A stretch of DNA of 64,000 nt from Vitrella brassicaformis CCMP3155. Its lineage: Eukaryota > Protista > Chromerida. Location of the stretch: positions 7,544-71,543 of the forward strand of contig CDMY01000464.1 of assembly GCA_001179505.1 (NCBI GenBank). Direction: 5' to 3'. Position 1 is the first letter of the stretch; each line of letters opens with the position of its first letter. A program made the position numbers and the translations under genes. Under the pieces are notes generated by a model that worked only from the letters and a program-made list of their open reading frames with translations, searched no databases and was not told the DNA's origin. Shown piece by piece: positions 12,439 to 24,861 of the stretch.

Positions 12439-15400
12439 TAAACACACACACACATACACAGACACAGAGGGCTGGTGCTATTGAATGGATCTCTCTCTGT
12501 GTGGGCGTGAGTGAGTCACCTAACCTACCTGGTGCCACTGTGGTTCCAGTACTTCTACGGTGAAGTAGTAGACGTAGTTGCGGCAGAAGTGCAGCATTCG
12601 CTGCCGGGTGAAGTACGAGTTGAGCAGCGCGTTGTGCAGGTTCAGCTCCTTCGTGTGCTGGTGATCCTGAACGAACAAGAAGCCAAGCCACACACACCAC
12701 ACCACACCACACCAACCTGGCCATCGACGGTGCGTCGAGTGCATCATCAGATGAACCATACCTGCCAGACGTCGCACAATTTTCTCTCGACGAATTTGCA
12801 GAAGAGCAGGTGCCGAAATATTAGCTCGTACTTGAGCATCGACACTCGAGTAAACAACTGCAGCCAACCACCCATAACATGCAACCACATCCACCATCCC
12901 CTCCCTCTCCTGCCTCTACCTACCTACGCACCCACCAGGTTGAGTGGCCATTCCGCCGTGTATCTGATGGAGAATGCGTGGAAGCCGTACGATGGCGCCT
13001 GCTGCTTGGGGTCGGGAATGGCTGTGCTCGACGTGGCCGGCACTGTGTCTGAGAACAGGAAGGCCGGCAGAGGCTTGGGGGCTGCTGCTGGTGGGACTGG
13101 TGCTGGTGCTGGAGGGGGTGCGACGGGAGGGTCCGCCACTGATGGCTGCAGGGCGGTGGGGTGCTTGCCCTTGTCTGAAGAGGCCAGGTAGTTGCAGGCA
13201 TTCTGGCGGACAGAGGGAGAGAGACGAACATGCATAGGCAGACACGGGTAGGGTGCCCGTGGGCTGGGCGTGGTGTGGTGCGTTTGAGTACATACCAGGT
13301 ACATGTATGGTCGGAGGGTGCAGGTGATGCTGTCACGGTAGGGGTCTGATGGAACGAACGGAGAGAGAACCGGAGAGGCGTGGCATCCAAACACGACACG
13401 TGCACACGTGTGCACATGACATGATGTGTGTGTATGCTTGTACCGACCTTACCGTTGGCAGTGGATGAGGTGCGTATGGCGAGGTCCAGCAGGGACTCCA
13501 GCTTGCTCAGCGCCACACACGACACGCTCTTCTCCAACTCCTGCACATGATTATAAACACGACCAAGTGACGCGCAGCGCCACACATGTCAGTCAAGGTG
13601 TCAAGGAATCGATGAATGACGTAAGTACATCATTGGCCGCCTCCAGGAACTGGTAGAAGAAATCGGCCCTGCAAACCAAACCACACAACACACACGCACC
13701 GCACACACCACACATCACATGCAGGCAAACGGCTGAGTGCATCCTATCCATGTCGTGTTTGTGTGTCTTACTTGTCGAGTAGGAAGAAGTGCTTGACAGA
13801 CAGTAGGCGGCCCTTGAGGTCCAGCTGCCGCCAACAAAACTCTACCAGACTCATCGAAGCCCACTCGTACGCAGCCTCTACCAACTCAGTGTACGTTCTG
13901 CATTGCATTCATTGCAATCAACACACAGCACAGCACAACCAACACTCATGGACGTACGTATACGGACTGACGGCATGATGGCGCGTCTTTTTTTCGCCAG
14001 CCAGCTCTTACTTACGCGAATTGGTTTGTGTACTTGATCTTGGGGGTCTCTCTCGACTTGAGTGCGGCCGCCTCGCTGCCCCCCTGGCACGACAGCAGCA
14101 CGTTCAGATACTTGCCCGTCTCCAAAATCTGCACACACACATCGTGAGGCATTCACTCCACAGTGTTGGACGGACGGATGTTGGCCGCCACCTGCTGTGC
14201 TGCCGGCTGAGCTGACCTTTTTCTTGGTCTCCTCCAGGAAGACGGGAACTCTTGTGTCGTCTAGGACGAATTTGCGTTCCCAGTAGCGGTCGCCGGTGCC
14301 GCCCTCAGTGTCGATTGGCATGAGGGAGGGATCGGACATGATAAAGAACTCATCGTACGGGTCGTCCAGACAACCCTGGTGGATGGCATCACGCACACGG
14401 GTTGGATGTGTGGTGTGGTGAGGCGTGGTGGGGTGGGGCGGCTGTACTATACGTGGTATAGCCATTTGGTGAGCATGTCGAACAGCGGCTCTGACGCCCT
14501 CGTCAGCAGAAACTCACCCAACTTGCGCGAATTCGGGGCACTGACATACACACATGCAATGCACAATCCAGACAGACAGACAGACAGAAACGGTGTGGTG
14601 TGTGTATGTTGTGTGTCTGCCTGGATTGTGCATTGCATGTGTGTATGCGATGCGTGTGGTGTGACCTGCTGGTCTCGAATGTGACGCTACGTATGCCGCT
14701 AAGCAAATCGCCACCCTTGCGCCTAAGCACAACAAACAAGACAAGAGATGGATAAGTGCGTGTGTGTATACTCACTGGTGTGTCGGACAACACCCCCCCA
14801 CCCCCCGACCTGTAGTTTCGTTTGGCGACGCAGTGTAGCATCTGCATGGTCTCGCGTGCTGGCTGCATGAGGAACCACAGCTTGGATATCCGAAGCGTGC
14901 CGCGACGCAACTCCGTCTCCAACTGGGACACAAACACCTGCACCATTGGACGGACATGGTGGACGGGACGTCCACGCGTCCACACACATACGAACAAATG
15001 CACCCGTGAGTGTGTGGAATGTGCTGCACTGCACCAAAGGCCCGACCTGGTACTCCCCCAGGAGCGTCTGCATGGCTGCGCAGAGGGCCTGTGACACCAA
15101 CCTGACCAACAGAGGACGGGAAGCGACACAAAAGTAAATAAATACTCACAGGAGAGGGCGGGGTGGTGTCGGTCGCTGCCTCCTGGGTGTTGTGGTGCTG
15201 TTGCTGCCCACCCGTAGTCATGCCGCCAGTGGGTTTCCACGAAGGCACACACAGAGCGGTGGAAGGTGCAGAGGTTCGTCACATTCTCCACCATCTGCAG
15301 CTCGCCTCGCCACACATGCGACGCGACACACATGATATGATTCCCATTTCTCTCTGTCCGTACGTCAATGAGTGCATCCATTCATCACATGCATCACATC

Positions 15401-15541
15401 CCATACCCGGACGAGCGACGGGTCGGCAGCAGGGTCACCCTTGAGGTTGGTGTCGATTCTGAAGTCGTAGATGGGCAGGTCGTAGGGAGCTGACACATCC
15501 AGATGTCCAGAATGTGTGCAGGTCAGGTGTGTGAGCACCCC

Positions 15542-15572
<31 letters not shown>

Positions 15573-16426
15573 TGTGTGCCGTCCGAGCACACACACACAC
15601 ACACACACACACACGCGCACACACGTACAGATGCGTCTGTCAGATGCCTGGATGTAGGTGCCCTGACGGCCCATGAGGACGAACAGTATGTCCTCCAGCA
15701 ACACGGCCTCCTGCTCCTCTAACTGATCGATCCACACATCACATCACACAGACACACAGGGCAGGTGTGTGATATGCGCATGCAGCCAGTGTTGCGTGTC
15801 TGTGCGTACGTACCGATAGCTGCGACAGCTGCACGTTGGCCGGCGTCCGCGCATTCGACTCTGACAAGACAAGCACACACTCGGCCAGCCACGTGGATAC
15901 TGTGCGTGTCTGTCCTCCAGGCAGTGAGTGCATATATCACCATCCTACCGAGTGCTGCTCGCTGTCGCCTCTCCTCTTCACCTTGTTGGGGGGATGGATA
16001 TCACATAAGCTAAGCTGTGTGTACTGCGCCAGTGTGTAGTGTACCTCTGGCCGAATGTACGAGTGCGGGTCGCTTCATCAGCCACTCGGGAGCCGGCGGC
16101 ACGTCAGCCTTCAGCAAACGCCACTGAGCACGCGATGTACCCGACGCTGCACACACACACAAGGAAGCACTTACGGCCATTCAGCTATGGCTATTGGTTT
16201 CCTCACACGTACTTCCGTCGGCCCGCACACAGGTGGTTTGCGATTTGGTGGAGCCGCGGGGCACCTCAGTGGGCAGCGGGAGCTCCTGCACAAGAGAGCA
16301 CACAACACGCCCACAGTGTGGTGTGTGTGAAGGTCTATAAATGCGCCCCCCGTCCGTACTGTGAGTGCGGGTGTGGCCATGGTGGTCAGATACTGCCCGA
16401 ACTTGGACCGCAGCAGCACTGACAAC

Positions 16427-16461
<35 letters not shown>

Positions 16462-17717
16462 CAAGTTGTCCACACATCCTCTCCGTCAGTATCCAGTGAA
16501 TGTGTGTGTGTGTGTGTGTGCCTGGTTGGTTGAGTCTGACGTCGGACCGATCGTCGGCTGGGTCGTCGGGATTTACTACTGTCCAACGACACAATTCAGA
16601 ACCTGATATTGAAGACGCACGCACACACGCTCGTCGTCCGTCCGTCTATCGGCCGGCCGGTATTGTTGCTTCCGTGGACTGAGTGAGTATACGCGCCTGT
16701 AGCGTCGTGCGATTTTAGTGTTTCGATGGTGACTGTCGACTGAGCCGTCACCGACAGCAAACCCGCACACTCACACGTACCTGCACAAGGACAGAAGACC
16801 ATCCGCTACGCCTTTGTATCAACATGGTTTCTCCTGCTGGTGCACCGACCAGGGCTGGGCTGCCTCTGCAGGGCTACCGTGTCCAGGAAACGAACCGTCT
16901 TGGCATACTTCCTGCACACACAGACCAGACCCCCACTCACACTCACGCACCAACACACACACACACACACACATCTGCCAATATCTTTACTGCACTGCAC
17001 CTGTCGTCGAAGTTGAGTATGACAAACTCGGATGGCGGGGTGGGCGACTCCCCGGGAGGGTCAAACAGACGGGGGGAGGGATGGGTGCCGCTCAGGTCCA
17101 CACAGTAGGACGGCGGCCGGCTGCTGCTGTCTGTCTGCCCGCTCAGACTGCCTGCGTCGGGTGTGGCCGCGAGATACGGCTGTGGCTCGCTGCATGACCG
17201 GATGCCGATCTGCAACACCAACAGAACAGCGGCGAACAGACTGAATGATTGGCGCTTAGCGTCCGTCCACCCATTATATTATATTGATGGCTGGCCCACC
17301 TACCTTTGTGCGATAGAAGAGGTGCTCGTGGAAGACCTGCTCCTTCCCCCGCGATGCATCCTTCTCCCTTCCACGCCCCTCTACGCCGCCCACATGACCG
17401 GTCCAGCCGTCAGCCGCCGACCGCCCCTCCCACCTGCCCCTGCCGCCCCGCTCCACATCCCAGTTTCCTATACCAGCGGGGGATGGTCCCGATGGGCCTG
17501 CAATCGTGTTCGGCATGCTAGGCAGCGGCCGTCTGTAGCTCGGCTGGTGTGTGTCGTCGCCATTGAGGGTGGGGATGGGTGGCTCATCCGCCGGTTTGTT
17601 GTGTGTGACGCCGTTGAGCCTTGGCTGTCGGTCTGGAAGTGTGGTGGATGAAGGGCGGAGCCGGGTGCTGTCCTGGGCGGCCTCGCGAGCTCTGTCCACG
17701 GGAATGTGGCCTGCCAT
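11240..17717 (-). CDS. TUBGCP2: Gamma-tubulin complex component 2 (Spc97/GCP2 family), more than 20 exons; 5' exons (16000-17717) less certain
   Basis: EQEAVLLEDILFVLMGRQGTYI, SEPLFDMLTKWLYHGCLDDPYDEFFI, YWERKFVL, ILETGKYLNVL, LLSVKHFFLLDKADFFYQFL, FSIRYTAEWPLNLV, RQRMLHFCRNYVYYFTVEVLEPQWH and LLTRIDFNSFY occur in the expected GRIP1/GRIP2 order. Confidence 0.88.
14545..14647. repeat. 27-bp perfect inverted repeat inside a GCP2 intron (intron 14541-14665, minus strand)
   Basis: 14545-14571 catacacacatgcaatgcacaatccag is the exact reverse complement of 14621-14647 ctggattgtgcattgcatgtgtgtatg. Confidence 0.95.
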
Positions 17718-17917
17718 GACGGAATAGTGGACAGGCGATGGATGGATAGCTGAGAGCAGGTGAGAGCTACGAGGTGAGGCGGATCTTTGTCGAAGGAATC
17801 GGGAAGATCAGCTCAAAAGATCTTCCAATCAGCCATCCTCAGGCTACGTGGCTGGTTCGTGTCGTCCTTTCCTCCTTGTTCTGTTTTTCTCGTCCCTTGT
17901 GTCCGCACGGATGCCGG

Positions 17918-17938
17918 AAACCCTAAACCCTAAACCCT
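17918..17938 (+). repeat. Interstitial telomere-like repeat (AAACCCT)x3 in a divergent intergenic spacer
   Basis: The sequence aaaccctaaaccctaaaccct is read directly at this position. Confidence 0.85.
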
Positions 17939-18047
17939 GCAACGCAATGCAGCGTGGTTCTTCCTTATGGTCTGGAACGTGATTTGACGGCCCGTTGCAC
18001 TGCACCTTTGCCGAGCCCCCGACCCCTTCTGCCGTAGAGCCCTCGCC

Positions 18048-20742
18048 CATGTCATTCCACTCGTCCACTGCTCCCGCAGAGTCGGGACACCCGTACCACT
18101 CCTCTGCCGTGGCCCCTCAGGCCAGTCTAGCACCGCCTGACATCGCATTCTTCGCACAGGAGTCGACAGCCACAGCCGGGAGGAAGAAAAAGAAGAACAA
18201 CAGTAAGGCCGCCAAGGGGCTTGACGAGAAGAGGCAATACAAGAGGCGGGGCGTCCCGCAGTTCTTCAACCCCCGCATCCAGAAGGTCTTCGTTGATGCG
18301 GACGGATGTAAGCGTACCAGCACGAGAAGGGAAGAAGGAGGGAAGAGGACGCGTGTGAACCTGCGGCGGAGCGGATGCATGCATCTTCTGTGGTGCAGGT
18401 TTGCAGCACTTCCACGGTTTGGGGAAGAGCCAGGGTTACGTGAAGGTGGCGCGTAGTCTGTGTGGCGGGGGAACGTTGCTCAAGTGTAGCTGCGAGAGGA
18501 TGTGGGGCGTCTGCAGGAGCCAGGTGGAGGGCCACCCCGGACTGCACTCCGTCATCCGCGGCGCACTCAGGCACACAGACTGTGCCAACTTCCCTCTGGA
18601 GGAATTCTACAGGGAAGGTCGGCCATGGATGGGAGGGACAACACACATGGGCAAGACGAGGTATGCATTGCATTGATTAATGTGTGTGTGTAGCTGCGCT
18701 GATGTGGGCCGAGTCGGCTCAGAGCAACCATGTGCGTCTGCTGCTGGTGACGGCCGAGAGTTTCCTGAGGGACTTCGAGGGGGGCCACCAGGCGTACATG
18801 TTGCTCCTCCCCTGCCCCGAGTGCAGCAGCATCGTGCGGCCTACAGACGACATGTCCTGCCCCGTCTGCGACGAACATGTAAGCCGACAGACGGAAAGAG
18901 ACGCTGATAATCCCCTCCATCCATCCATCCATCCTCTTCTTCTTTGTCTGCTCCTTCTCTCAGCTGCCGCCTCGCAGTGTGTTCCTCCAGACCGCCATCC
19001 TGAGCACCAACCCTCCCCGGCCGCTCCAATCGGCCCCGGTTAACACCACACTCCAGCCCGGCCCGGCCCCTGCCCCCCCTGACTCGCCTGCGTCGTCTAG
19101 CCCCAGCCACGAGTCACCGTCATACCCACACCAGCACCAGCAGGGGCCGTACGCGGCCGTTCCGGGTCCGCCATCGCACATGGGATGGGGAGTGGGCGTG
19201 GGAGGGCTGCAGGAGGGGGACATCAAGGGCGAACATGAGGCGGGACCTAGCAAACGTGAGAAAGACGCCGAGAAACTCATCCCATCTGTGTATGCACGTG
19301 TGTGACGCGTGTGCACATCTTATCATCTGCAGGTCTTGCCGGGTGTCCTTGTGACCGAGGTTTGTCGGTGTCTAGCCAGTTGTCGTCTATCGGATCCATA
19401 TCCAACAACGCAAGCACTGTGGTCCGTCATTGAGACACGCACGGCCCCCGAGACCCATATGCATGTTGTGTCCTTGCTTCAGCCGTCGGGATCTACGAAT
19501 TCCGGCGGCCACCCTCAGCCCGACGGAGCGCCGTCACGGCAGCGACTCCTGTACATCAACCCAGGAACCATCAACCCATCTGGGGTGAGCAGAAGACAAG
19601 ACACACCGGTGTTCTTTTCTCTCTTCACGTCTTCTGTCTGTGTGCATATGTGTGTGTGTGTCAGGGCGAGGTAGTGATATGTGTGAAGAAGGACATCAAG
19701 CCCGACGCGTATGACCAGGTGCTCATCCACCTCGTCTCCACCAACGGACAAGTCGTCACACTCAGGTGAACTAGCCTGACAAAACACCCACCATTCTAAT
19801 GATGCGACTTTCTCTGTCATGTCGCCCTCCCTCAGACCCAAGGGCATCCGTAAGGAGCGCAAGCTGAGCGTGCAGATCCCCGCCCTGCCCGCGGCAGACT
19901 ACGACGTCCGGCTGGCGTATGGGTGCAAGGTGCTGCACGGGGCCATTCCGCTGGGTGTGCGGGACAACTCGGACTCCGAAGGCTGTAGCGAGGAGGGCGA
20001 CCGATTCGTCCCAGACGAGCAGCCGGCGTGCGTGCCTCCTGACCGGTATCTCTTCTCCCCATCTGCGTCGGCCCCGTCGTATGCGGACCCGTCGCGCGTC
20101 AAGGCCGAGATGATGAGGCCGCCTCCAGTGCCTTTGGGCGTCCTGAACATCCCTCCTCCCTCCCACTGGCCCCACCCGGCCCCCCACATCGCAACCCACG
20201 GCCCAATGGGTGAGGAGATGGACTCCAAGCCGCCGAGGCTCGACCTCTCGTCCGAGTCGAGCAATGAGCCCACACCGAAGATGGCGAATGCGCGGAGCAT
20301 GATGCCCATGCAGCGCAGGGCTTTCCGGCCGTGGGTAGGAGGGACGTCGGGGATGCCTCCGGGCATGGTTGAGGGTGCTCGTGCCGTCATGGAAGAGCTC
20401 AAGAGGGAGGGGTTCCTGGGGATAGAGGGAATGGGGCTGCACCAGGGGGGACGCAACAGCGCTGAGGACGACTTCGAACGGAGTGAGCGGCCCACAATAA
20501 GACACACACGCGACAGCCATCTGCATGTGCCATTGCCCTTGTGTGTGTTTTCAGGTGTGTGGCGGAGTGCGTCCGAAGGGTACCAGCACGACGCCCACTC
20601 CATGCAGTGTGACGATCCCGAGCCGATGGGGCTGCAGCCAGACGCCGCGATGCTGCCGAACCTACCCCCACCACCGTCCCTCTTCGACCCACACGCAGCC
20701 CCATTTGGCCTCCCGCCGCTGAATGACATGGACTGCAGCTGA
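18048..20742 (+). CDS. Hypothetical protein: basic N-terminus, CxxC..CxxC zinc ribbon, IPT/TIG-like Ig-fold, Pro-rich tail (possible transcription regulator)
   Basis: Exons splice in frame: GRKKKKNN..KRQYKRRG; PCPECSSIVRPTDDMSCPVCDEH; RLLYINPGTINPSG|GEVVICVKKD..VTLR|PKGIRKERKLSVQIPALPAADYDVRLAYG. The domain call is by pattern only. Confidence 0.65.
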
Positions 20743-21397
20743 CGGGATTTTTCCCGTTGCTGCAGTGAGGCCAAGACACACCTCGGCAGCTGAGTCTGTC
20801 GTGAGTGGGGTTAACTGCATCGATGTTGTCTTTTGATATGACTGTGAATTGCTCGCGGCTAAGTCGTCTCGCCGAAGCCTTAGCCTTCGGATTGCCTTTT
20901 CTTTCTGCCATACCGTGTGTGTGAAGGGCTGGGGACGGTGGGGAGGAGATGGTCTCAGAGAGACGAATGCACGGCTGCGTGTAAGTAGATAAAGCACAAC
21001 AGACTGTAGTGGGCAAGGTGCATAAGGGTGGCTGGCAGAGACCGCTGCACGAATCGCATAAGCTGCTGAACAAGGGAACCGAGTGGCAGGAAGCTGCAGG
21101 ATACACTGCACGCATCTTGACAACCGTTAATTTCACTGGGACAGTTATGCAATGAATTCGATCCTTCTGTTGCGAGCTTGACCTGCGAATTCCTGCTTGG
21201 CGCGTGACGTCACTGGACGTCAGCTGACAGCGATCAGACGCAGCCATATTTCCAGCTCAGAGCTTTCGACAAGCAAGATCTGTTGCTCTCGTGCCTTCCT
21301 CGCTTCACGCCAGTCAGCTGTTGCTGTGCTCTGATCCCCCTCTCGCCTCTGCACCCGCCGCCCCCCTTCACTCGTTTCCACTCAGCTATCTTCATCC

Positions 21398-24300
21398 ATG
21401 GCGTACTACGAAGTCTGCTCCACTGACGCTCACTGCAAGCGCACATTGCAGACACGACTGGATGCCATCGAGGAGGTCCGCGGGGTGCTGGAGAGTGAAG
21501 GCATCGAGGTGCCCGGTGTTGTCGTATGCGGTAGGGAGGCTGCAAGGTGGAAGATGGGAGGATAACAACAGGTCACGGCTCGGTGTTGTGTGCGTCTGTG
21601 TGTCACTTCTTACTCACGGCAGGTGATCAGTCTGCGGGCAAGTCGTCGGTGTTGGAGCGCATCATGGGGGTGCCCTTCCCGCGAGCACAGGGGTGACCAC
21701 TGCAGTGCACTGCACTGCACAGATGGGTGGCCTGTGCACTTGCTGGCCTTCTTCTATCTGTGTGACCGCACAGGACCTGCACCAAGACGCCGACGATTCT
21801 GATGGGCGAGACCGACGCATCTGCCGACGGGGTCAGCGTGTGGGTGTCACTCAAGGAGGACATCACCGACGCTGAGGAGTTGAACGACATCAAGGACATC
21901 GGGAACAAGATCACCGAGCTGACGGACGACCTCGTCCGGCAAGAGGGCAGCGCCATCGTCAACCGGCCCATCTACGTAACCCAGTGCAGCGGGCAGCAGC
22001 TCTGTTGGTCTTGTCTTCGTCCATCTCTGCTGTGCGGTGTGTGTGCGTAGGTGCGGATCCGTGGCAAGAATGTGCCGACTCTCACCGTCACCGATCTTCC
22101 TGGCCTGCTGTACAACAAGAAGGGCGACGAAAACATCCACGCCGAGGTCGTGGCGATGGTCAACGAGTACATCGAGAAGGAGAAGACAGTCATCCTCTGT
22201 GTCGTGCCGGCGGGCGGCGACTTCCTGTCCACATCAGAGGTGCGTCGGGCAGGCACACGTGCACCCATAAGGGTAGCTGCACACTTTGTGTTGTCTTCAG
22301 GCCATCAAGTTGGCCAAGGACGTTGACCCGGAGCGCCATAGGACCATTGTGGTCGTCACCAAAACCGACAAGATCGAGCCCGGCGAGGAGGGTCGTCATT
22401 TCCTCAAGTCCATCAAGCAAGGCCAGGACGAGATCGGCGGCAAGAAGCTCAAGTGCATCGCCCTCCGCAACAGAAAGCCAGATGAGGTACGGCAGACGAT
22501 ACACGGTGTCATGCATGGACAATTGTGTGCGCAGATCGTCCTGGACATTGACGCTGAGCAAGAGGAGGCGGCCTTCTTCGAGCGGCATCCGGACCTGTGC
22601 AAGCTGCTCAGTGAAGAGTGGGGCATCACGACGCTCGTCAAGCGCATCACCGACATACAGGTCGTCTACGTGGACGAGTTCATGAAGGACATCAAGGGGA
22701 AACTCACCGAGAGTAAGTTAAGCACACCAGGGCGGATGATGAGGGGACCACAGCGGCTCCTGTGTCGGGTGTGTGTGTATCGTCAATCAGAGATTGAGTC
22801 GGTGACTGCTAAGCTGGCCACGCTGCGGCCTCCGTGTGTTGACATCAAGGACAAGAACCGCTGCATGAACGACATCCTCATCGAGCTCGACCAGCTCCTC
22901 AAGCAGGTCAGACACCTGACTCCCACACGTCCGCACCACCGGACTCATCAGATCTGCCTTGTGATGTTTGTTGTCCAGCGAGGTTCTATCCGGCTGAGTG
23001 ATGGAGATGACCGCGACTCGATTCAGTATGGCCTTCGTGAGCGTCTTGAGGACTACGCAAAAAGAATGAAGAATATCGACATCAACTTCTTCACAGAAGA
23101 CATTTACAAACAGGTACGTACAAACAGAGGCACATCCCATATAGACACAGCCACGGACACGTTGCGGCCAGGTGCTTGACCGTCTGGAGCGTTGTTGTGG
23201 GTTCGATGCGCCGCCCGAGCTGCCGCATCCAGATGTGTTCCAGGAGATGTATGTGGACGCTTTCGAGCGCAAGCTGCAGGTCGAACACTACTCGCGCATC
23301 CTCGCGGAACACGCCTGCGGATTCATCAAGGTGGGCCAGCAGCATCCACACTCGGGAGGGAGATAATGGCAACCAGTAAGTATGCGCTTTCGTGTCAGTC
23401 TGAGTTGGACATTCTTGTCGAAAGCGTTGCTGATGCGTTCCCTTCATTCGTCGATGCACTCCAGGTGAACGCAGCGTGCCTTCTTATGGGCATGGAGAAG
23501 TGCGTGTCTGTCTGTCTGTCTGTGTGTGTGTGTGTGTGTGTGCAGGGCAAGATAGCGTCGCTGCTAGACAGCAAGAAGCAGGAGGTGCTGTCCGCCATCG
23601 GATCGCTCATCCGCAGCCAGGGGGCCGTCTTTACTGCCAACCAAGTCTACAGCGAGGTAGGATCTTCTAAGGCTGCGCAGACGAGCCCCTCTTTGCCTGA
23701 TGGGTCGCCCTTGCCCGCTGCAGATGGTCCAGAAGGGCCTGGCTGGTGTGCTGTCGGACAACCACTTCTGGACCAACACCAGGATCGGGCGGAAGATGTC
23801 GATGAAGGTCTACAAGCAATCCAACCAGCCCATCCTCTTCAATCAGCTGAATGAGTGGTGGAACATGGGCCGCAAGTACCAGAGTGCCGTGACAATTCAG
23901 GTGTCGCTACACTTCTACGTGACCACGATGCTCGACCGTGTGGCCGACGACGTGGCCCTCATGGTGAGTGATGCTTTATTCTTTGTTGGCGTGTGTGGAT
24001 TTGTGATGCTTTGATGGCTTGTATTGTGCTGGTTGGTCGCAGGTGCATCGGTTCCTGTATGCCGATCTGCGTGACACCTTCCTCACCGACATGCTCGTCG
24101 CATTCAGGTGTGACTAGATACATACCAGAGTGTGGCTCACTTGAGTGTCTCTGTCCATATGTTTGGTGCTCATCTGTTCTGTCCAGGGACGACAGTTTGG
24201 TTGACGAGTGCATGGAGATGGAGCACTCGAAGCGACAGGCATACGAACTGACGAGCTGGTCAGCAGCAGCGGCCGTCAAGAGGATCTGCCACACACGGCG

Positions 24301-24418
24301 TGGAGGATGTACTGTGTGTGTGTATTGCAGGAAGAAGGACGAGCTGATCAAGGCCATGATGACCCTGAGCGCGTCGGCTCCTTCGGCAGACAGCCTCACC
24401 AGACAGCGAGGCGCATAG
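21398..24418 (+). CDS. Dynamin-superfamily GTPase, Mx-like architecture (GTPase-stalk-GED, no PH or PRD)
   Basis: G1 VVVCG|DQSAGKSSVLE, G2 GTCTKTP, G3 LTVTDLPG, G4 VVTKTD, and a GED-like YVTTMLDRVADDVALM|VHRFLY. The exons join in frame. Confidence 0.9.
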
Positions 24419-24861
24419 ATAGACAACCACAACACACAGCAGAGGCGGCCGTGTTTTTGAGCGGCCGTGTTTTTGGGCCTCTTGCTGAAGTTTTGTACAT
24501 ACGTTGGCAACTACTGCGTGTACTAGATAGATGTGTCGGGTGCGGTGCGTGTGTCCCTTTTTTTCCTCGATGCATGGTGCTGATGCAGGCAGGTAGACGT
24601 CATTAGTGCGTCCTCAACTTGACTGCTGTGGCTCTTTGATTGATGTCGTTGCTTTGCATGCGCTGGGCGTTCTGCTGCATGTGTGGCAACAGTGTATATT
24701 TGTGGCGGGTGGAGGGAAATCTGAGCGCTTTTGTGGATGTTCGTGTGTGTGCTGGGGCAAGCTGCTTTATGATCATGGGAGACTTAGTCGCATCAAATGA
24801 AGGTCACACGGCTGCTTACGCATCGTGTTACCATCCATCCGTCTTTCCAACAGCTCCTCAG

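Noticed and set aside
24445-24475. Direct repeat gcggccgtgtttttg x2 in the dynamin 3' region
   Set aside because: There are only two adjacent units with no spacers; this is a simple local duplication, not a CRISPR array or element terminus.
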